From the human T2T-CHM13v2.0 reference genome, Homo sapiens, in assembly GCF_009914755.1 (NCBI RefSeq), contig NC_060932.1: a stretch of DNA of 64,000 bases; one strand, given 5' to 3'. Below are positions 57,640 through 64,000 of the stretch, in pieces. Position 1 is the first letter of the stretch. Every line of letters starts with the position of its first letter. Under the pieces are notes generated by a model that did not search any database, had not been told where the DNA came from, and was given only the letters and a program-made list of their open reading frames with translations. Both the position numbers and the translations under genes were made by a program.

Positions 57640-60035
57640 AAAATTTCATAAAAATATTTAGAATAACATAAAGATTCCACCAAAAAAACTTCTTAGAACA
57701 GATAAAGAAATTTAGTAAAATTGCAGGGTACAAAATCAACATAAAATCAGTTGCCTTTCTGTATACTAACAGCAGTCTGATAAATAAACCAAAAAGCAAT
57801 CCCATTTTCAAAAGCTATAAAATATCAAATACCCAAGAATACATTTAATCAAAGAAGTGAAAAAATCTCTACAAGGAAAACTATAAAACACTAATGACAG
57901 AAATTGTCATTATACATTATTAGAAAATAAAAAGATATCCCATATTCATGGATTATAAAAATTAGTGTGGTTAAAATGTCTGTATTACACAGTGATCTTG
58001 AGATTCAATGCAATCCCTATTAAAATACTAATGACATTCTTCACAGAAATAGAAAACCAATCTTAATATTAGTGTAGAGCCATGAAAGACTCCACATAAC
58101 CAAAACATTGCTGAGCAAAAAGAATAAAACTGTAGGTATCACACAGTCTGTTTTTAAATTATGCTACAATGACATAATAGCCAAAGCAGCATGGATATTG
58201 GCATAAAAACAGACACATACATGCATGGGACAAAATAGAGAACCCAGACATAATCCACACCTTTATAGACAACTCATTTTCAACAAAAGTGCCAAGAACA
58301 TGCATTGAGAAAAGGACAGTCTCTTCAATAATGTGTACTGGGAAAATGGATAACCATATTAAGAAAAATGAAATGAGATTCCTATCTTTTACCATACACA
58401 AAAGTCAACACAAAATCCACTAAAGAGTTAAATGTGAGACCAGAACCATGAAACTATTAAAAAACAAACATTGGAGAAAATGTTATGAGACACTGGTTTA
58501 GACAAAGATTTGTTTGAATAAGACCTCAACAGCACAGGCAATAAAAGCAAAAATAGGCAAATTGGGAATACATCAAGCTAAAATGCTTCTGCACAGTAAA
58601 GGAAACAATCAGCAAAGTAAAGAGACAATTACAGAATGGAAGAAAATATCTGGCAACTATCCATCTAATAAGGGAATAATAACTTGAATGTAGAAGAAAC
58701 TCAACTCCATAGCAAAAAACAAAACAAATAGTCTGATTAAAATCGGGTAAAAGAACTGAATAGAAATTTCTCAAAAGAAGACATACAATTGGCCAACAGA
58801 TGAAAAAATGCTTAATATCATTGATCATTAGGAAAATGGAAATCAAAACCACAATGAGATATAATCTCACCCCATTTATAATGGATGTAATCAAAAAACA
58901 AGAAGTAACAAGTGCTGACTAGGATGTGGAGAAGGAGGAACATTTGTGCACTGTTGGTGGAAAGTAAAATAATACTAGTACAGGCACTATGGAAAATTAT
59001 GTGGAAGTTCCTCAAGAAACTAAAAATATAACTAACATATGGTGCATCAATCCCACTGCTAGGTAAATATTCAAAAGAAAGGAAAACAGTTTATCAAATT
59101 TTTATTGTACTCCTATTCACAATAGCCAAGATATGGAATTAACCTAATTATCTATCAAGAGAAAGATGGATAAAGAGAATGTGGTATGTATATACAATAG
59201 AATATTACTCAACCATAAAAAATCCTGTTATTTGCAGCAACATGAGTGGAATTGGATGTCATTACGTTAAGTGAAATAAGCCAAGCATATAAAGACAAAT
59301 ACTGCATGTCCTCACTCATATATGGGATCGCTTGACTTGCTTCACCTTGTCAATCACTTTGAAGATTCACCCTCCTTACCCTGCCCCCCTTGTCTTGTAT
59401 GCAATAAATATCATCGCGCCCAGCCATTCGGGGCCACTACTACCGGTCTTGGTGGTAGTGGTCCCCTGGGCCCAGCTGTTTTCTCTTTATCTGTTTGTCT
59501 TGTGTTTTTATGTATTGCAATCTCTGTCTCCGCACACGGAGAAAACACACGCTAAGCCCCGTACGGCTGGACCCTACAACTACTGTGCTGATTGTTTACA
59601 GTATTCAATGATGTAAATTCCATTGGAAATCAAAGATTATCTTTCTGTGATGTTATATGTTACACGTTTCTGTTCTTGGCTTATTTCACTATGCCCATGA
59701 GTGGATCTCATGGGCACAGAGAATAGAATAATAGATACCATAAGGTGGGAAGAATGTGTGAGAGGGACAGATGCAGAGAAGTAGGTTAAGGGGTACAGAA
59801 ATACAGAACATAGAAGGAATTCTATATGTGTACTAATATCTGATAGTACAGTAGAGACAATTACAGTTAATAATTTATCGTCTATTTCAAAATAGTGAGA
59901 AGAGAAAAAATGGAATGTTCCCAACACAAAGAAAAGTGTTTTAGGTAATAGATAGCCTAATTACTCTAATTTGATTATGACACATTGTATACAGGTATCA
60001 AAATTTCACAGGTTCCCCCAAAATATGTATAACTA
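57640..60035 (+). mobile_element. L1MA 3' portion, interrupted by a complex insertion at 59326-59700
   Basis: ttgcagggtacaaaatcaacata, caatcccactgctaggt, ctcactcatatatggga | gtggatctcatgg and atgttcccaacacaaaga. Confidence 0.9.
59326..59655 (+). repeat. Inverted copy of 61039-61373 (LTR13A 3' end plus 77 bp of its genomic flank)
   Basis: Reverse-complement match across the LTR/flank junction (ccctaca|actactgtgctgattgttta...ctttctgtgatgtta), about 90% identical by eye. Confidence 0.92.
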
Positions 60036-60616
60036 AAACTCTTGTTCTCTCCAGATGGCAGCTTAATATTGCAAGAAGAATTAATGTAAAGTGCTGTAAT
60101 AATTTTGCAAAAAAATAGCATTCAAAGGAGAAAAATTCACCAATAAATCTCAGTGGAAAAAAATGTACTAAAACTTTTTAGTAAATTTTCAGTGTTTATC
60201 ACATCTGTCATCAACATAAGCCTTGCAAAATTGCAAAGGTGCCACATGGGCAAGATTTTGAATCCAAGGGCTCATTTGAACATCTCTAAGTGGATATCAA
60301 ACACTATAACCCTGCAGTGGGTTTTGTGAATCTGGTCATTACCTACTGTTGGGATGTATGTGATGCTTTCCTTGATAGAGAGCTGTGGATCTAACAGTGG
60401 CACAGGTAGTTACTGAACAGTGCATTCCCACCTTGAAGAATGTCAGTATCTGGTGACAGAGATACCCAATTAATTGAGGCTATTATTAAAGAGTTTTGCG
60501 AAGTGTTCAGAGTTTATATCTAATTCATTATAATAATGTCTGTATTACTCCAATATTCAGGAAAGTTAGAAATAACAAATAGGATTCTGTAACTCAAATT
60601 AAGTAAGCTGTCAGAG

Positions 60617-60711
60617 CAGACCACCATGGCACATGTATACCTATGTAACAAAACTGCACGTTCTGCACATGTATCCCAGAACTTAAAGTTTAATTTAAAA
60701 AAAAAAAAAGA
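60617..60711 (+). mobile_element. Extremely 5'-truncated L1PA (about 80 bp plus A-tail)
   Basis: caccatggcacatgtatacctatgtaacaaaactgcacgttctgcacatgtatcccagaacttaaagt followed by poly(A). Perfect TSD aagctgtcagag at 60605-60616 and 60712-60723. Confidence 0.95.
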
Positions 60712-60763
60712 AAGCTGTCAGAGACTATGATGTTTTCATATTTAACTCCTTTGGGAGTGAAAT

Positions 60764-60837
60764 TATTGTTAGCCAACCCAATGGTAATACCTTAGATCAT
60801 GAACTCCTTTGGAATTGGGAGTTAAATTATTGAAAGT
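60764..60837 (-). repeat. 74-bp inverted copy of 62704-62777
   Basis: tattgttagccaacccaatgg...aaattattgaaagt is the reverse complement of actttcaataattt...ggctaacaata, with 1 mismatch. Confidence 0.92.
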
Positions 60838-61116
60838 TTGTTAACTCTATTCATAAGTGAGCTACAGCCTACTCATACATATAAGAATGTCATCTCTGAT
60901 TTGGTACTCCTAATTATTGTAAGACAACGTAGCTAAGTATTGAAAAGAACTAATTAAATTGAGCATTGTTTTTTTCAAGAGCTTACAAAATAACCTTTTC
61001 ATGATGTACAACCTGGATTTCAATTTGATCTCAAGGGGTAACATCACAGAAAGCTAAATCCTTGATTTCCAATGGAATTTACATCATCGAATACTATAAA
61101 CAATCAGCACAGTAGC

Positions 61117-62066
61117 TGTAGGGTCGAGCCCTACGGGGCTTAGCGGGTGTTTTCTCCGTGTGCAGAGACAGAGATTGTAATAAATAAAGCACAAGACAAA
61201 GAGATAAAGAGAAAACAGCTGGGCCCGCGGGACCACTACCACCAAGACACGGAGACCGGTAGTGGCCCCAAATTGCCAGGCGCGCTGATATTTATTGCAT
61301 ACAAGACAAGGGGGGCGGGGTAAGGAGGGTGAATCTTCTAAGTGATTGACAAGGTGAAGCAAGTCACGTGATCACAGGACAGGGTGCCCTTCCCTCTTGG
61401 TAGCAGAAGCAGAGAGAGAGAAGGCAGTATATGTCAGCGTTTTTTTCTATGCACTTACAAGAAAGATCAAAGAGTTTAAGACTTTCAGTATTCCTTCTAT
61501 CGCTATCTACTACGAACTTCAAAGAGGAACCAGTAGTACGGCAAGAACATGAAAGTGGACAAGGAACGTGACCATTGAAGCACAGCACCACAGGGAGGGG
61601 TTTAGGCCTCCGGATGACTGCAGGCAGGCCTGGATAATATCCAGCCTTCCACAGGAAGCTTGTGGAGCAGAGTGTTCCCTGACTCCTCCAAGGAAAGGAG
61701 ACTCCCTTTCGCCGTCTGCTAAGTAATGGGTGTCTTCCCAGACACTGGCATTACCGCTTGACCAAGGATCCCTCAAGTGGCCCTTATGCGGGCGTGACGG
61801 AAGTCTCACCTCTTGCCTTCTAGGTCACTTCTCACAATGTCCCTTTAGCACCTGACCCTCTACCCGCCGGTTATTTCTAGGTTATATTAGTAATATAACA
61901 AAAAGTAATATTAAAAGCTAATGATTAATAGTGATAATTGTCCATGATCATCTCTATATCTAATTTGTATTATGACTATTCTTATTCTAATTATTTTCTT
62001 TATTATACTGAAACAGTTTGTGCCTTTAGTGTCTTGCCTCGGCACCAAGGTAATCTTTTGCCCACA
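61117..62066 (-). mobile_element. LTR13A solo LTR (ERVK class), full length about 950 bp
   Basis: The reverse complement begins tgtgggcaaaagattaccttggtgccgaggcaaga and ends ...tagggctcgaccctaca. CpG-containing, with poly(A) signal gcaataaat. Confidence 0.88.
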
Positions 62067-63202
62067 GTTGTGAATCTCCAGAGGTTTGATCGATGGATTC
62101 ATGTCTCTCAATTAAAAAGACACAAACTTAAATCAAATCTCTGTAGAATTATTCTGACCAGAAACATTTAGTTGACTGTTTTTAGGAATTTTGAGAAGCA
62201 GACATTCCTCTAAAGGAGATGGATTCAACCTAAGACCTCTGTACCAAATTTAAGACTATGTAAGAGATACTCAGCTACTGCTTCAATCTGTGGAACAAGA
62301 CCACAAATTTTCATGCACTAATCTGCATTCTTTGGTTCTTTATTTCTCAAGATATCTTTTCCTGTATTTTACAGGTTTAAGATTCTCTAAGTGTATCACC
62401 TACAAGAACCCCATTTTTAACATCAGTTTTTGCATGTTTAGGCACACTTGATATGAGTCCGACACCTGGCTATAATTTTTACCTAAACTATCTAAAGCAT
62501 AAAATCAAAATCACTGTTTGCTGGGCTTGTACTCATTTCTATTTGGGAAGTACCTCATTTCTTGTAATGAATGAGTTTCCTAGTAATGAGGATCACCCTG
62601 TTGGTAATGAAACAAATATGATGACCTTTTCAAGGCAAACATCACAGAAGGCCAAATGACCAACTATCTAAAACCTCCTGCATTTCATACTTAGAAGAAT
62701 TATACTTTCAATAATTTAACTCCCAACTCCAAAGGAGTTCATGATCTAAGGTATTACCATTGGGTTGGCTAACAATATCTCTCTAGATAGATATTCTTTT
62801 CCTGTCTCCAGAAAAACAATAGCTGCCAGCTTTTCAGGCTTTCACAAAAGTTAGCTTTTGTAACCAAACATTTGCAGAAAAGGAAACTGGATGAGAACAA
62901 AAGGCTTGTATTTGCAGTCAATCTGTCTTTTCCACATCTTACAAGATACATTAATCATTTTTTTTGCCTTATATCTACCTAATGACCTCAGTTCTACACG
63001 TTTTATCACCTGACCATTGTACTACTCTTAATTTGAGGGGTCTATCTTCAAGTATTGAAAGAGTATTTTGTTATTTTTATTTATTAAGTGTCATTTTATC
63101 ATTTGCTGCAACCATCAAATGAATCATAAAATCATTATATTGAGTGAAACACAAACTCCTATGATGCAACTGATTTCTAACACTAAGAAATAGAAAAGGT
63201 TC

Positions 63203-63276
63203 TTCTAGAAGTTTGAGGCCAGCCTGAGCAATATAACAAGACTTTGTCTCTAAAATAAATAAATAAATAAACAAAT
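63203..63276 (+). mobile_element. Truncated Alu monomer (FLAM/AluJ-like)
   Basis: agaagtttgaggccagcctgagcaatataacaagactttgtctct followed by (TAAA)n. Flanking aatagaaaag repeats. Confidence 0.8.
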
Positions 63277-63449
63277 AATAGAAAAGCCTATTTTGCTAAT
63301 AAGACGAATCTGAGAGGTTTCTTTCATATTTTAATTAAACCGATTTTATTGTGAAGTGTAACCTACAGAGAGAAAAAAAGTACATATTGTAAATAAAGAC
63401 AAGTTGGTTTGGTTCTATTTTTCGTAGCTCCCACATTCTCATAACAAAT

Positions 63450-64000
63450 TGTCCCATTTTCTGTTTGTCTGAAATTTTTTTTTTTAATTTTTCCTCTATT
63501 TGTGAATTACATTGTTACTGAGTGCTGAATTTTAGGTTGGCAGTCATTTCATCTCAGAACTTGAAAGATGTCATCCCATTGTCAGTCTTATTGTTGCTCC
63601 TTGAAAGTATGTGTCTTTTTTCTCTGACTGCCTTAATAGCATATCTAACTTTCATTTTCAATAATCACATTATAATGTGGTTTTTTAGTATTATTTTTCT
63701 TTTTGCATACATATAACTTTAAAGTACAGTTTGAATAGGTATCACTGTTTAATTCTCATATATTACCCTTTGCTCTCCACAGAACCATCATTCTCTCTTC
63801 TCTACATTTTTGCAAATTTAACATGTTAGAATTTTTCATTTTATTTCATATTTTTCTTATGGTTTCTTATGAATTTTCCATTCTTTTTCTTTTCATTATT
63901 TTGTACTTGTTATTCTCTAGTAAACTATTTCCCAATTTTAAACTCCTCTCCATAGTGTTCAATTTGCTGTTAAACTTTCATTGAATTCTTAATTTTAATT
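63450..64000 (-). mobile_element. Old L1ME-type fragment
   Basis: ctgagtgctgaattttaggttggcagtcatt...ctctgactgccttaa. Confidence 0.55.

Larger units (their letters stand above)
60040..62960 (+). pseudogene. Continuation of the ERV internal fossil (integrase to 3' region), interrupted by an L1 tail and LTR13A
   Basis: tgtcatcaacataagccttgcaaa (C.QH.P.K), ccatttgaacatct-like PFEHL, gtgacagagatacccaat (SDRG-like) and aactcaaattaagtaagctg (LKLSKL). Highly degenerate. Confidence 0.55.

Noticed and set aside
59326-62066. Two LTR13A copies as the paired LTRs of a provirus
   Set aside because: The copies are inverted, one is partial and includes host flank, and the intervening DNA is L1MA and an unrelated older ERV.

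Overview
This is AT-rich primate (human or ape-like) genomic DNA, apparently intergenic or deep intronic, made largely of interspersed repeats. These include LINE-1s of several ages, Alus (J/S/Y), MIR and L2 relics, MaLR/ERVL/ERV1/ERVK solo LTRs (MLT1, MLT2, THE1, MER48, MER51, LTR13A), DNA transposon fossils (MER20, Tigger3a, Tigger4, a Kanga/Tigger-like element, MER58) and a decayed class-I ERV pol-region fossil at about 55.5-63 kb. I can support no host protein-coding gene, RNA gene or CRISPR array. The long ORFs in the track are L1 ORF2 remnants or chance ORFs in repeats, and I see no new protein-based system. The unusual signal is structural. (1) There are several locally templated, mostly inverted insertions with fold-back patches (31.7-31.9, 56.0-56.6, 59.3-59.7 and 60.7-60.8 kb). 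(2) Two Alus are flanked by very long target duplications (66 bp and about 240 bp). (3) Three or four L1s are 5'-inverted (twin-primed). (4) One inverted Alu pair is nearly abutting. Repeat family names come from my memory of consensus sequences, not a database search. Boundaries of old repeats are approximate.
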